64,000 nucleotides of DNA from positions 1 to 64,000 of the forward strand of contig BROI01000036.1 in NCBI GenBank assembly GCA_027923505.1, read 5' to 3'. Below are positions 33,924 through 47,086 of the stretch, one piece after another (position 1 is the first letter of the stretch; every line of letters starts with the position of its first letter). Both the position numbers and the translations under genes were made by a program. The DNA comes from Mayamaea pseudoterrestris. Lineage: Eukaryota. Below the pieces are notes generated by a model. The model did no database searches and was not told the DNA's origin. It saw only the letters and a program-made list of their open reading frames with translations.

Positions 33924-34549
33924 GATAATAGTTGATCTCTTGTTTTACCATAGCTACGGTAGAATGTGTTTCAACTCCTGCTCAACATAGTCTATTCTTA
34001 TATCCTGTCCATCGTGTGGATATGATACTCCGTTTAGGCATGGACGACGATCTATAGGCCTAGGCCCGACAAACCAGCGAAATTGGACCATTGCTGTTCC
34101 TATTGACAAAAGCTTTTGCATACTTTGACGCGTTGACAAAAGCTTTTCCCTTTTTCGTTGGACGTTATAGTGCGCTCGTCATCAAGCAGGAATGAAAATG
34201 ACTCAGTTGACATTGGGCCCAGCACGCGCAGGTGTGACACATGCAACCTTGCAGGCGCGCAAGTCACACAAAAATACGGGAAGCCTTGTCCGTTGCTCGC
34301 CCGCGCCGAAATTGTCGGTCATGGTCATTCTCGACCGAATAAAGCCCTCAAGTCATGAACGACTGAAGACTTGCGCGCGAATGAACAACCCTTCATCCAT
34401 TCAGCAGGAGGGACAAGCAGTCCTACAATTTTTATGCTTGTTCTTTCAAGTCGCTCCCGACTGCTTGTTGTTGCTGTTTGTTGATTCATCGAGGCTTTAG
34501 ACTGTATAGAATGATGAGCTGTCTATGCATGAGTCAAGTGCGACGACGA

Positions 34550-36691
34550 ATGAAGCTGTTGTGCTTCATTTGCATCGTTTTGTCGTCATGCATGCCGATC
34601 CATTCTGCAGAGGCACAAGATGACTTGCCATTTTCGTCCCATCATATCAAGCGAGAAGACTACATTCATGCATCATCATTACTACTACAACGAATAAAGG
34701 GACCATCAAGTCAAGCCAAAAGTGCTCGCCATCTACAAACTGCTACAGCAAACACGCCATCAGTATTTTCCGTCAAGTGCCGCATGACCGTCGTCGACTT
34801 TTTGTACGCCAACCTTGACGCGGAGCTTTCCCAGCGCGTCGAGCAGGTGGGCTGCATTCCCCTCGACTACGAGTCGCACGCGGAGCTCGACTTGGTGTTG
34901 GTGATGGAGATTCCCGAAGCAGTCTATCGATTGTATCGACACGGCATTAACAGTGGAACGATTCAACTATTATTTGACCATGTCATGCTTTCCGACAACG
35001 AAGAGACTCTGATACTGCTGGATGACGTCGTGACGGAGATTGACGACACCAACGGACGTAGCTTGCTCGTCGCTCCGCCACCAACCAAGGGTACCATGTC
35101 GGTCTTTTTGGTCCGCATTTCCACGTCGGACGCGGCGCCCAATAGAACATTGGCCGAGATTGAGTCGCGCCTATTCAATAGCACGCTTCCCAACTTTGCG
35201 TCGCAGTACAAGCAGTGCAGCATGGAGCAGCTGCAGTGGACACTGGCGGGTGGCATGGACATTCTCGTGGATGTGCCCATTGCCAACTTTTCCACCGGCA
35301 TGAGCATTGTCACGCTCGCCGAAAGCTACCTGCGACTATACACCGGAGTAACCAGTGTTTCGGAACTTGCCACCCGCGTCATGTACTGCGTGGCGCCCGG
35401 CACCAGCGTGGGATGGATCGCGAGCGCGTCGGTGAACCACTGGCGGGCCATTTTCAACGACGAGTGGTGTGTTTCGCTGTCGGGGACCATGCACGAGCTG
35501 GGGCATACGCTGGGGTTGCTGCATTCGGGGGAGGATGACAACAAGTATGGGGATCAGACGGGGTATATGGTGAGTGCTGATAATTGTATGAGTATATGAG
35601 ACGACGCCACGGCTTTGGCGCTTGAATGATTTCGACTCATCACACATGTCCCTTCCAACCCTTCTCTACTTTATATACAGGGCTACGGTTCCATGAGCGA
35701 CACGACGCCTCAAAAGTGTTTCAACGGCTTTCAAAGCTGGCAAATGGGTTGGTACGCCAACCGCGAAAAGTACTTGGACGTGTTTAGCGAGTTTGGCGTG
35801 TACAACTTGGTTGGCTTTGTCGAGTATCCACTCGTTGTGGATGGCGAGTACGTGTTGATGATTATTGACGACACGTACTTTTTGCAGTACAATTTGGCGG
35901 AAGGCTTCAACGTTGACACGACGGAGAAGCAAAATGAAGTCACCATTACCATGCCGGAGGGTGCAGGAACGGGCATTGCTGGATCACTGGCAGTGGGAGC
36001 CAACTTTACCGTTCCAAACTACAAGGAGTCGGGGCTGGACTTGATTGTGGAGGCATGCTCCGTTCGAAACGCCAGTACCACTGGCTTGGCGAACGCCATG
36101 GTCATTGCCGTTGGCCTTGGTCGATCCTACTGCAGCGAATCGCAGACAGTGGCGCCCCAGGTGACGGCTGCCACTCCTCCGGTATGCATGGAGTCCCAGA
36201 GTCCCTGCTTTGAAGACGCCAACTGCTGCGAAACACTCATTTGTCGAGGAGTCGACGACTTGCAAAAGTCTTGCACCAGCTGTCGACCACTCTATAGCTT
36301 ATGTCAAGATACACCCGACTGCTGCGACGGATTGTCATGCTCACTTGGCGTTTGTCGCGAAGCAGTGGTGCAGACGCCGCTCGCCGCCAATACCACGAGC
36401 AGCCAAGTGACGACGGTGACATCGAGCGTCCAAGCCGACAAGGTTACATCATGCATTGATCGCAAACTGGGTTGCACCGACAATGTCGACTGCTGCGGCG
36501 ACTTGCGATGCATCAAGGTGGTGCAAAGTAAATGCCGCATCTGCCGACGCGCCAACATGCAATGCTTTGAGAGTGACGACTGCTGCGACGGTTTGCACTG
36601 CAACGAAAAGCGAAAGTGTCAGCAGACACCAGTCGCAAACACGAATCCAACTGTTTCACAGCCGGAATCATTGTTTGGGGGACGACGATGA
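34550..36691 (+). CDS. Secreted peptidase M11 (gametolysin-like) with four C-terminal Cys-rich repeats (2 exons)
   Basis: Signal peptide, HELGHTLGLLHSG zinc motif, YGDQTGYMG Met-turn across intron 35570-35680, KCFNGFQSWQMGWY. Confidence 0.85.
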
Positions 36692-37087
36692 TGACTGCGA
36701 AGGAGGCAGCCGACGAAGCATTGGATCGATTGATAACAGTACGCGAATCATAATGGCTTGAAATCAATCAAGCCACTGCAATGAGATTCATCTCCTTTGC
36801 GCTTTTTAGCTACTAATTATCATACAACTTGCATGCTTTGTAATGGTTTTGGCCGTTAGGCATACATCGACAGGGGGCAATCGTTTCAGAAGAAGCCTGC
36901 GTTACGACAGATAGCTAGATTCAAACACCACTGCGACACAAAGATTGATCCGAACGCGTCGAGCAGATCAACCCGAAGCGGCACGCCACAGAATCCTTCC
37001 GTCACACTACTTGTCATAGACAGACTCTTTACTCATCAATACAAACAACGATACATTCTCTTATATTACAATATTGATAAACTGACA

Positions 37088-39689
37088 ATGACATTACTGA
37101 CTCGGCAGATGCTGCGGCAGTCTCGAGCCGGATTTATGAAGACGCGAAATCCTCGTTTCGCTGCGGCAATTCTGCCATGTTCCAATTTATCGTTACATTA
37201 TTCCTTATTCTCGACAAGTACACTGGACCAATGGACGCAAACAGCCCAAAAGGAACTGAAAGCGTCCAAACTGTCCGTGGAGGAACTGCAAACGACCCGC
37301 GTCACGCCGGAGAATGTGACGCTGCAGCCCGTCTACTACGACTTGTCGAGTGACAATCCAGACTTGCCGGGCGTCTTTCCCTACACGCGAGGACCGTATG
37401 CGACCATGTAGTGAGTCATTAAATAGTACTGTATATAACATGCAGTTGAAGAGAATGAATGGAGCTGAATGAAAATGAAAAAGAGCTTACGTTTGTTCAC
37501 GACGCTTGACTGTGCTTCATTCTCACTGAGACTCACACTCACAAATCATTCATAACATCTACTATATGCAGCACGGCCCGTCCTTGGACCATTCGTCAGT
37601 ACGCCGGTTTCAGCACCGCCAAGGAATCCAATGCATTTTACAAGAAGAACCTAAAAGCGGGTCAGCAAGGTTTGAGCGTGGCCTTTGACTTGCCGACGCA
37701 CCGGGGCTACGACTCGGACCATGCGCGCGTGTTGGGAGACGTTGGCATGGCGGGTGTTCCGATTGATACGCTCAACGATATGCAGGCGCTGTTTGCAAAC
37801 ATTGACTTGACGCAAGTGTCGGTGAGCATGACCATGAATGGAGCGGTACTACCAGTGCTGGCGTTTTACATACAAGCGGCGCTGGAAGCGAATTATGACA
37901 CGCCGAAAACGCCCGCACAAGTCTTGAGCAACTTGAAAGGCACAATTCAAAACGACATTCTCAAGGAGTTCATGGTCCGCAACACGTTTATATACCCGCC
38001 GCAGCCAAGCATTCAGCGCGTCATTGCCGACATTATGGGTTATGCGGCCAAGCATTTGCCCAAGTTCAACACGATTAGCATTAGCGGCTACCACATGCAG
38101 GAGGCGGGAGCGGATGCGGCACTGGAAGTGGCCTTTACCATTGCGGATGGACTGGAGTATATGCGCACGGCGGTGAATCATGCGGGGTTGAGTGTGGATG
38201 ACGTTGCGCCGCGACTCAGTTTCTTTTGGGGAATCGGCATGAACTGGTATACAGGTATGTTTGCGATGGAAAGGAAAGCAGGGCTTGTTGTAACAATTGA
38301 AACGACTCATCTCTACATTTTGCCGCATCAGAAATTGCCAAGATGCGAGCCGCTCGTCGAATTTGGGCGGAGCTGGTCAAGAAGGAATTTGCTCCAAAGA
38401 ACGACAAGAGCCTCTTGCTTCGAACTCATTGTCAAACATCAGGATACTCGCTCACAGAGGCACAACCCATGAACAATATTGTACGGACAACGATTGAAGC
38501 CATGGCTGCCATTATGGGTGGAACGCAATCGCTTCACACCAATTCGTATGACGAAGCAGTCGGCCTGCCAACGGTGCAGACGGCTCGGGTCGCCCGCAAC
38601 ACGCAGCTGATTCTGCAGGAGGAGACTGGCATTTGCGACGTGGCGGATCCCTGGGGTGGATCGCACATGATGGAAGCTTTGACGGATGAGTTGCACGAGA
38701 AGGTAATGGATATTATTCGAGAAGTGGAAGGCACCGGAGGCATGACCAAGTACATTGCCAGTGGTTTGGCCAAGCTGCGCATTGAGGAGAGTGCCACGCG
38801 AAAGCAGGGTCGCATTGATAGTGGGCAGGAAATTGTGGTTGGCATAAACAAGTATCGGCTGACAAAGGAAGAGGAGGACGCTGAACGCATTGACGTTTTG
38901 AAAATTGATAATACGGCAGTGCGGCGAGAGCAGATTGAACGCATGCAGCAGGTACGAGCGGAGCGAAACGAAGCGGCTGCGCAGGAAGCACTGGCTAAAC
39001 TGGAAGCAAGCGCGAGATTGGACCGCAGTACAGCGAATGGTGATGATCCAAACAATCTACTGAAGCTTTGCATTGGTTGTGCAGCTGCGCGCTGTACTCT
39101 CGGCGAGATGTCCTTGGCGATGGAGAATGCTTGGGGGCGCCACGTTCCAACCGGTTCTGTCGTCCAAGGTGCCTACGCGTCTTCGTTTAATCACAGCGGT
39201 TCCGGAAACAAGAACGAGGAGTATGAACGCGTCTTGAACCGAGTGAAGGCTTTTGAGTCTCGCGAGGGCCGACGGCCTCGCATTCTAGTGGCCAAGATGG
39301 GACAGGATGGGCACGATAGAGGGGCCAAAGTTATTGCTAGTGGCTTTTCTGACCTTGGCTTTGATGTCGACATTGGGCCGCTCTTTCAAACGCCTGAAGA
39401 GGTTGCGTTGCAGGCGATTGACTCTGATGTGCATGTTATTGGAATTTCATCTCAAGCTGCTGGGCATCGAACACTGTTGCCGGCATTGAAGGAGGAGCTT
39501 GAGGAAAAGGGAGCTGGGCATTTAATTGTTGTTGCCGGTGGCGTCATTCCACCACAAGACTACGACTTCTTGCTGAATGAAAGCAAGAGCTGTAGTGCCA
39601 TTTTTGGCCCTGGAACGCGAGTAATAGCTTGCGTGGAAAATGTCCTGGATCTGATAGAAAAGGAAAGCGCAAACCAACAGGCTGCGTAA
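37088..39689 (+). CDS. MUT: Methylmalonyl-CoA mutase, mitochondrial (3 exons)
   Basis: [73 protein letters not shown]12-binding motif. Introns 37411-37571 and 38255-38331; Arg-rich presequence. Confidence 0.95.
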
Positions 39690-39804
39690 TATGTTTAAGA
39701 AACCGGTACATAATTGCTGCTATCATGGGCAAATACATTTGAAATAGATCATTTATATATAAGGTAGTTTACCCTCAAGTACGCGAGTAAGAGTCGCTTG
39801 CTGT

Positions 39805-42039
39805 TCAACGAATCGTTTCCACGCCTTCATTGAGCGCAATCGTCGTCACACTCACTGGTGAACTGCATTGCGTTGCGACGCTGTCCAACCCGCTCGATCC
39901 GCTCTTGACCGTGCTAGTGCCGCCGCTTCGAGTTGCACGCGGTGGGCTTGTCGGAGGTGGCATTTCATCGTCGTCCCACAAGTCGTCAAAGGTAAAACGA
40001 GTATTGGTACTATCGTTCAAGCCAGTGTCAATGACCAAGTTGCCACTTGCCTGCGTGGCTTGACTGTCAATGTCACTGGCCGTGGCACTATCCAATTCAT
40101 CACAGTCGCTCATGAGAAAGCTCGAATCGTTCGTCTCTCGACGCGTTACTCCGTCTTTGACTGCTGGCAGGGCTGCCACTGCCTCATCCGTATGAGCCAC
40201 ACAGTCCTTGGCTTGGGCGTCATTGCATGTATTCGCCTGCTGATTGAAATGGCGCTCAAAGTCATGGCGACGCCCGAGAAGGTTTGAAACCGGCAAGGTC
40301 GTGCTTGAACAATTCCACTGCAACTGCATTGTCATGGCTGGACCGGTAGCTTGAGCGTTCTTCTTGATACTTTTGCAAAGCGCATCATTACTCTTGTTCT
40401 TCCAAGACGCCCCCATGCCCAGCGCCATGCTACTCGAGTAACCCATGGCAGGAGTACCACTGCAAGTGCGTCGACTACTTGCATATTGCTGCTGATTGCC
40501 AGCAGCAGCACCACTTTTGGAAACTACGGATTGCTGCACCTTGACCATGACTTCCAACGAATCGGATGACACGGCCCGCAGGGGCAATGGCTCCAAGAGT
40601 GAACGCGCATCGTCCAGCTGCTTGACGGGGGGATGCAGGCGCGATGCAGCCGTCGCCGAAGTCGTTGTAGTCGTTGTCGTCGTTGTCGTCGTATTTGGCC
40701 AAAAGCTCTTTGGCCGACTCGCCATGGAATGGTGCGAATGCGAGCCACCAGAGTCAGAGTAAGGAGTAGTTGCTGTTGCATGATCGATTCGTCGAGGCGG
40801 CGCTTGAAGCGCATGTGACGACGAAGAGTCCACAAGGCGCTGGCGATGCGTCTGATAGTTTGCCAATGGCTTGTCTTGGTCGAGTTGCAACAATGCTCGA
40901 GCCGCCTCGTCGTCGTCAGTTTCCGGCGTATCCTTGCGCTGCTGGCAAACAATTTCACTCGACGCAGATGTTGTAATGGTTGACATTGTATTGAGCGTAT
41001 CGGGCGACTTGTTGTTGTCGGACGAGCTTGGTGACGCGGTCCATTCCAATTCATTCGTGATTGTGGTTCCAATGGAAGGAGTTGGCTGCAAATCGTCATG
41101 GCTAATCTTCTTCTTGGCTTCCTTGGTTCGCTCCTCAATCTCCTTGTAATCCATGAGAATGTAGTGACGCGTGCACTGATTGCCGCTTCCTTGATCGCGA
41201 GCATTGTTGCTGCTACTGCAGACGCAGTAGGGCTGAAAGCACAATATTTGCTCCATGGAAAGCTGCGCGTACAAGCCCAGTGCGTAGGAGCGAGCCAGCG
41301 CGCACAGCAAGGCCCGACTGGAGATTACCACGCCTCCCAAGCAAACGGAGTCGTTGCTTGCATGAATGCGATGCAACTGATTGTTATTGTTGCAATCGCT
41401 CATTGACATTGACTGTTTATAGTGACGCCGCGTCGTGCGTCTTGAGTGGGCGCAGACGCCAACGCGGCCATGCTTCTTTTCGTGCTCGTAGAGCGCCAAA
41501 AACATGAGCGGATGAAGGCGCAGCATGACTTGGGCGTAGGAAGCGTCGCGCAGCGTCACTGGAGGAGATGCGTCATGAAAGAGTCGTGGCGTTGACTCTG
41601 GCGCAAACGTATATTCCGTTGATTTCGTAGTTCCGTCCATCGACTTGAATCCAGTCACGACTTGCCGGCGATTCGTTTCTGGATTGGTTCGTTTGAGAAT
41701 GGGAGCTGGACCAAGAGGAAATGGATGATTGAAGGCATTTGCATTGACTGCCTCCTTGAGCTTTTCATGGAACTTCTCGTGGCGGTCGCGACGCGTTCGC
41801 CCATGCTGCTGCTGCTTCTTGTCACTCGCTCGCTTCATCTGACGCTCCATTCGCTCACATTCTTGCCGCTCCAAATGTTCCGCCAATTCGCGTTTCGACA
41901 GTGACGCCACGTGTCCCCAGGGAGCGTCCGTGGCGGCCAGTATATCCAAAAGGCTGGCTCGATGCAAGCGAATCTCGCGCGTCTTGACGTCGAACCGCTG
42001 CCACTCGGTGAGTTGAAAATGAGAGTAGTCTTGCTTCAT
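39805..42039 (-). CDS. Hypothetical protein, largely low-complexity
   Basis: 744-aa intronless ORF; no recognised domain. Confidence 0.6.
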   Translation of the reverse strand: MKQDYSHFQLTEWQRFDVKTREIRLHRASLLDILAATDAPWGHVASLSKRELAEHLERQECERMERQMKRASDKKQQQHGRTRRDRHEKFHEKLKEAVNANAFNHPFPLGPAPILKRTNPETNRRQVVTGFKSMDGTTKSTEYTFAPESTPRLFHDASPPVTLRDASYAQVMLRLHPLMFLALYEHEKKHGRVGVCAHSRRTTRRHYKQSMSMSDCNNNNQLHRIHASNDSVCLGGVVISSRALLCALARSYALGLYAQLSMEQILCFQPYCVCSSSNNARDQGSGNQCTRHYILMDYKEIEERTKEAKKKISHDDLQPTPSIGTTITNELEWTASPSSSDNNKSPDTLNTMSTITTSASSEIVCQQRKDTPETDDDEAARALLQLDQDKPLANYQTHRQRLVDSSSSHALQAPPRRIDHATATTPYSDSGGSHSHHSMASRPKSFWPNTTTTTTTTTTTSATAASRLHPPVKQLDDARSLLEPLPLRAVSSDSLEVMVKVQQSVVSKSGAAAGNQQQYASSRRTCSGTPAMGYSSSMALGMGASWKNKSNDALCKSIKKNAQATGPAMTMQLQWNCSSTTLPVSNLLGRRHDFERHFNQQANTCNDAQAKDCVAHTDEAVAALPAVKDGVTRRETNDSSFLMSDCDELDSATASDIDSQATQASGNLVIDTGLNDSTNTRFTFDDLWDDDEMPPPTSPPRATRSGGTSTVKSGSSGLDSVATQCSSPVSVTTIALNEGVETIR

Positions 42040-42491
42040 TCTTTGCTTGCTTTTCTACTGCAGTCTATATATAGTACTAGAATTCTGCAAACAGCTTGTA
42101 TAAGTCAATGCAAGCTTGCAAGGGACGACGAGAGGACGAGCAATCCAATTGTTCTTTGGCGGAGCGGCGCGCCATGGCGAAGGGTGACAATATTCGTGAC
42201 TCGCATCAATCATGACTCTCTCATCATTTTAGCTAATGCGCGAGTGACAAGAAACAACAAGACCCACGAGAGATGGACCGAGTGGCACGAACGAATAGAG
42301 TTCACTTGTACTTTGCCGATGTATATAAACAACATATTGATTAGAATAGCTTTTTTAATAAGTTACTGGCTGCAGTTATAGAGGCGTCCGGGCAACAACG
42401 TTGAGCGGATCGGCTCTGGTTCATTTATCAAAACAAGCTTCTACTATATGCACCAGCTACTATCATAAAATCCTAAAACACTTGTATGTTG

Positions 42492-43235
42492 CTACAGCGC
42501 CGCTCCATTCGCAGACGCCTCCTGCCGCAGCTCATCGTCATCGCACGGCTCATCCACAAACCTTCGCGCCAGTGCGCCATCCAAATCGAGTCGACATTCC
42601 TCCGCGTGGCCCCACAAATAGCGATTGTTCGAAACCACTTGGTAGGCGGCGTTGCGCAGAAACGTTGGCACCAAATGCAATGACGTTTTGGAAACGAATC
42701 GCAACACGCCCGGCAACCCAGGCAGCTCCTTGGCGATGCGCAGTATGGCATCCGACTCAAAGTAGGCTTGAGTGGCCGAGTCGACCAATACAATGCTACT
42801 CAAATCATCCGGTCGCTTGCCATGCTGCATCAATAACGATTGTCCCACCTTGGACTGCAGCGACGCGAAGCGAAAGGTTTCGCGTTGGTCGAGCTGCAGA
42901 CACAAATCCACGCCAGCGTTGCAAAACAAGCAAACGCCGTCAAAGAGAATAATGGGACGTGCATCTGATGCGAAACAATTTTGGACAACGGCTTGCCAAT
43001 TCCAAGTGACGGGAGATGATGAAGTAATTGTTGTTGCGTCGCCATTGACAGCTGCTGAAGCGCAAATGCTTTCCGAGGCTGTCGGCATGTCATTTGCGCT
43101 GCTGCTTCCATCATCCCCTCGTACCGAAATTGAAAAGAGTCGCGACGTTGATGCAGTCCGTCTCGATGATACTGTAGACCATGCATGACAATTATGATTC
43201 AATGAGAGTGAAAGGAGGACGAGCAGGAGCGACAT
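42492..43235 (-). CDS. DCC1-like thiol-disulfide oxidoreductase (DUF393), putative plastid-targeted
   Basis: IILFDGVCLFC, RFASLQS, ESDAILRI, RNAAYQVVSNNRY. Signal peptide ending CHA-W followed by a Ser/Arg-rich transit peptide. Confidence 0.85.
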   Translation of the reverse strand: MSLLLVLLSLSLNHNCHAWSTVSSRRTASTSRLFSISVRGDDGSSSANDMPTASESICASAAVNGDATTITSSSPVTWNWQAVVQNCFASDARPIILFDGVCLFCNAGVDLCLQLDQRETFRFASLQSKVGQSLLMQHGKRPDDLSSIVLVDSATQAYFESDAILRIAKELPGLPGVLRFVSKTSLHLVPTFLRNAAYQVVSNNRYLWGHAEECRLDLDGALARRFVDEPCDDDELRQEASANGAAL

Positions 43236-43646
43236 TTGATATTGTCTTCGCACTTGCAGTGCTGGCATTCGATCCTTGCAGTCAGAAATCATCATTCTGT
43301 CTCGCACTGTTAAACATGAACTAGAGAGAAAGACGACGACGAGCAAGACTTTGTTGCTGCTAGCCTTGTTCTAAGGAGGCTGCTGCTTGCTAATCTCTCG
43401 TCTCGCTTCGCTTGATGTTCCGGCACGACAAAAACGGCGGCGCTTCTGACGTCACTCAATCTGTCGGTCCGGCACAGCAATGCTACCTTGCGAATGCCAA
43501 TTCATCATCTCGTAGCTGCTCCCAGTCTGATGATTGACCAAATTCAGGGTCGGTGCAAGTAGAGCGATCGACAGAAAAGCCAATACACCCTATATATACG
43601 AAACAACCAATCAGATTAATTTAGAGTTGCTTGCGCTACTATTTAT

Positions 43647-44617
43647 TTAATACTGCTCAACTCCCATGCTGTTTGGATCAACCTGCATCTCCTGCTCCAT
43701 TGGCACTTGCTGCTGCTGCTGCATGGCAGCATTGGCCGCCGCCTGACGCGCCATCATGGCTTGCTGCGCCGCCAACATGGCAGCCGGACTAAGCTCCTCC
43801 TTTGGCTCCAAAATAGTGACAACATCATCCAGTGGAATCTTGGGCCCAATCTGTCCCTTGGGGTCCTGCGGCAACATGATGGAAACCTTGATACCAATCA
43901 CACCCTGTCGCATCAACACGTGACGCACCGCCGTATCCGTGTAGACTTGTCCGGCATGACCCGTCTTGATCATGTATCCGTCACCAAACTTCATGGCCTT
44001 GGCACGCTGTCCACGCAGTTTCCCAGTAACAATCACCTCGCAACCCTTGGCGGACGCCTCCATAACAAAGCGCACCACGCCGTAACACGCGCGTCTTACC
44101 GCCAAACCCGCCAGTAGCTTGAACTTGAGACTCTCCGCCTGCGCCTGCGCGCAGAGGCCGCGGTTTTGGACGCGCTCCGCATAGAGCTCCACGGCGCCGT
44201 CGGCAAAGTCAAAGCGCTTTTGGACGACCGAGGTGAGCTCGCGAATGCGGCGATTGTTTTCGCCCAACACGTTCTGCGTGCGCGTCGCGCGAATGATGAG
44301 CTCCGTGCGGTGCGGCGTGGTGCGGATCTCGACGCCGGCGTAGCCGTCCTGTTTTGTGGAGCGGAGGTAGTAGTCAAGAAAGTGAGATACGAATTGATAC
44401 AACAGCAATCGATTTTAATTGATTAAATTCAGCGTCATGGAGACTCTCATGACTTTAAATCGTCAAAAAGAGACTCTCTAGACTTCTTTACTTCTCATCA
44501 TCTCTACCGTACCTCGGCCAGCTCGCGAATGAGCAACTCGTTCACCTCCGAGTAAAAGACTCCGTCGGCGACAAACTTGCGCTTGACGCTCAATCGCTTG
44601 TTTCCGCGGTAAGACAT
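43647..44617 (-). CDS. RPS3: 40S ribosomal protein S3 (2 exons)
   Basis: [52 protein letters not shown]. Intron 44349-44512; Q-rich C-terminal extension. Confidence 0.97.
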
Positions 44618-45189
44618 GTTGATATGCTAATGAGAGATGCTAAAGAAAGTAGTAATATCGAGTGATTGCTATTGCTGCCGCTGAAAGTCGATGTTGCAGA
44701 AGCGACGAAAGCAAAAGCGGCGAGTTAGTAACGCGGTAAGGTTTCGTCATTTCAAAACCGCTTGATGTCGCAGCTTATTGCGGCGCTAGCTAGCCACGCT
44801 TCACCAGCCAGCCGGCTGGCTTGCACTGTAGCCGTTCGCCATGGTAACAGAAGTGACGAAAAAACTATGTTACGCTTGTTCATTTTATGGTATGATCATT
44901 TGCGAGATGCTTATGTCAGAGATCAAAGAATACGACAAGATCGGTGTCTCCAATTTGTCAACCTATTATACCACCTACCGAAGTCAGCCAGTCTTTCATC
45001 GCAACAATTACAAGTAAAAAGATGCTACTCAAACTTGTTTGCTAGTGTTTGTAATGTTGTTGTTAACTAATTGCATGTTCCTTCTCCAGTACCCGTATGA
45101 AATCAAAAAAGAAGGTAGTTTTCGATCGTCTCTCTCAAATTAACCAAGACACGAGACGTTTTTCGTACACATATAGTAATATCATCATC

Positions 45190-46464
45190 TTACTCGGCAT
45201 CCGCCAAGGCTGCCAACTCTTCCTCCTCCTGCTGCTTGGTGACCGTGGCCGCATACTGGTCACTGACCTTGCACTGCACGCCGACAAAGTTGGTGACATT
45301 GCCATTGGCGTCGCGCAAGGCCGCAATGAAGAACTGGTTCCAAAAGGTGGTTCCATCGACGCGGTAGTTGAGCAAGCACACCGACATGTCATTACCCTGC
45401 TCAATGGCCTTGCGAATGCGCTCCACCGCCTTGGGGTCAGTCTCGGGGCCTTGCAGAAAGCGACAGTTGCGGCCCAGAATCTGGTCGAGACTGTAGCCAG
45501 TCAAGTTGAGGAAACCCTGACTCGCGTAGACAATGGGGTTATCCGGAAGACTTGGATCAGTCACGACAAAGTTTTGCTGCGCCGTCTGGAGCGCCTTGAT
45601 GAAGGAAAAGTCAGGATCATCTAACACCTTGTTGGCAATGCCCTGCGAGGACGCCAAGAGACCATCGACATCCGACTGACTCTCCTTCTTGCTGAGGAGC
45701 TCGTCCGCCTTTGATTCGCCCAAGTGCTGGCGAATGGCCTGCTTCAACTTTTCGTTCTCCTCCTTGAGCAGCGTGACCGACTGCTGGAGCGACTCGAGAA
45801 GAAACTTTTTGCGAATGCGCGAGCGCTTGGCGTGCTCGCGGTTGCGCTCACTGTGTGAATGGGAATTGAAAATAGGCAGGAGAAAAGAGGATGAAAAGGA
45901 TGAGACAGATTCATAAGTAAGTGTCACTGAATCTAGCAAGTACGACTAGAAGCCACATCGTTCCAATCTTGTGACTCACCGCCGCTCGGACTTTTGCTGC
46001 TCACTCATCTTGCGATCGCCGCGACTGCTGCTCTTCTTTTTCTTGGGCGCCGCGTACTGCAAGTGATGCGCCGCCTGCGGCGCATGCTTGAAGGGCACCA
46101 ACTCGGTGGCTTGTCCAGCATCTTCGGCGCGCCCCATGGTGAGCGCCGCCTTGGAGTTGTCGTACAGATTCGTCGTGTAGAGACCACCGCCCTGCTGGAC
46201 GGGAACGAACTGTCCATCACTGGACGGCTTGGACGCCATGGTGGCAAAGGTGGGACCTTCGCCCGAGTTCAAGAGACCGTCCTCGTCGTCGTCATCCTTT
46301 TGCTCGCTGAGAAAGACCGTGTCACCGTCCGGCGTGAAGACCACGTCTCCGAAAATGTCGTCCAAGTTGAGTTGGGCAGTCGTTGACTTGCTGCCCATCA
46401 TGGATGACTTGGGGGCGGCGTCGGAGCCGTGCGAGGCGGAAAAGAGGGGAGGAGGGACGCTCAT
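45190..46464 (-). CDS. AUREO1a: Aureochrome 1a (bZIP-LOV blue-light transcription factor), 2 exons
   Basis: LNLDDIFGDV N-terminus, ERR|ERNREHAKRSRIRKK bZIP, LOV GRNCRFLQG. Intron 45851-45979. Confidence 0.93.
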
Positions 46465-47086
46465 GGTGTAATAATGGTGGTTCTCGAGCAAGCGCGTTAT
46501 AGAGTCCTTTCGGCTTGATGGAATTGTGTCCGTGACCGCACGGAGATGGATGATACGCGCCTACTCACGAGCGTTTGACGCGTGCATAATTCTGTATGAT
46601 CGTTTAATGGATCTTTTGCTTGACAAACGCCACTGAGCAAATGACTCGATATCTTTGGGGTTGTCACCCTTCAAGGAATTTGGAATCTTCGGAAAAAAGA
46701 TTTCAGACGAGCTCGTGGTTTAGAAAGTGACCGCCAATGACACTTTCCGCATGACTCTTGATATTTCGTCAAACGTTCCTCATGACGAAGTTACTCGTGA
46801 ATGTGGCCATTGTGCCATTCACATGGCGGCTTCCTTGGATTACCTTGGTTTGTCTCACTGGGTAGTTTTGAGGGCTGTTGCCATTCTTGCGTCCGGAGCT
46901 AGACGAGTAGGATAGAGCGATGAGGCGATGAACTTAGTCAAGCAAGATGGATGTACAGTACCTAGGAAACGATATAAGATGTATTTGTACGATTGTTTTA
47001 TAGCTTGAATCGTTACACCTATGTATAGCTTGTGTGTCTGTGCAGAGTGTCGTCTGTTCCAGTATAGTAGCCTATGCTAAATACAA

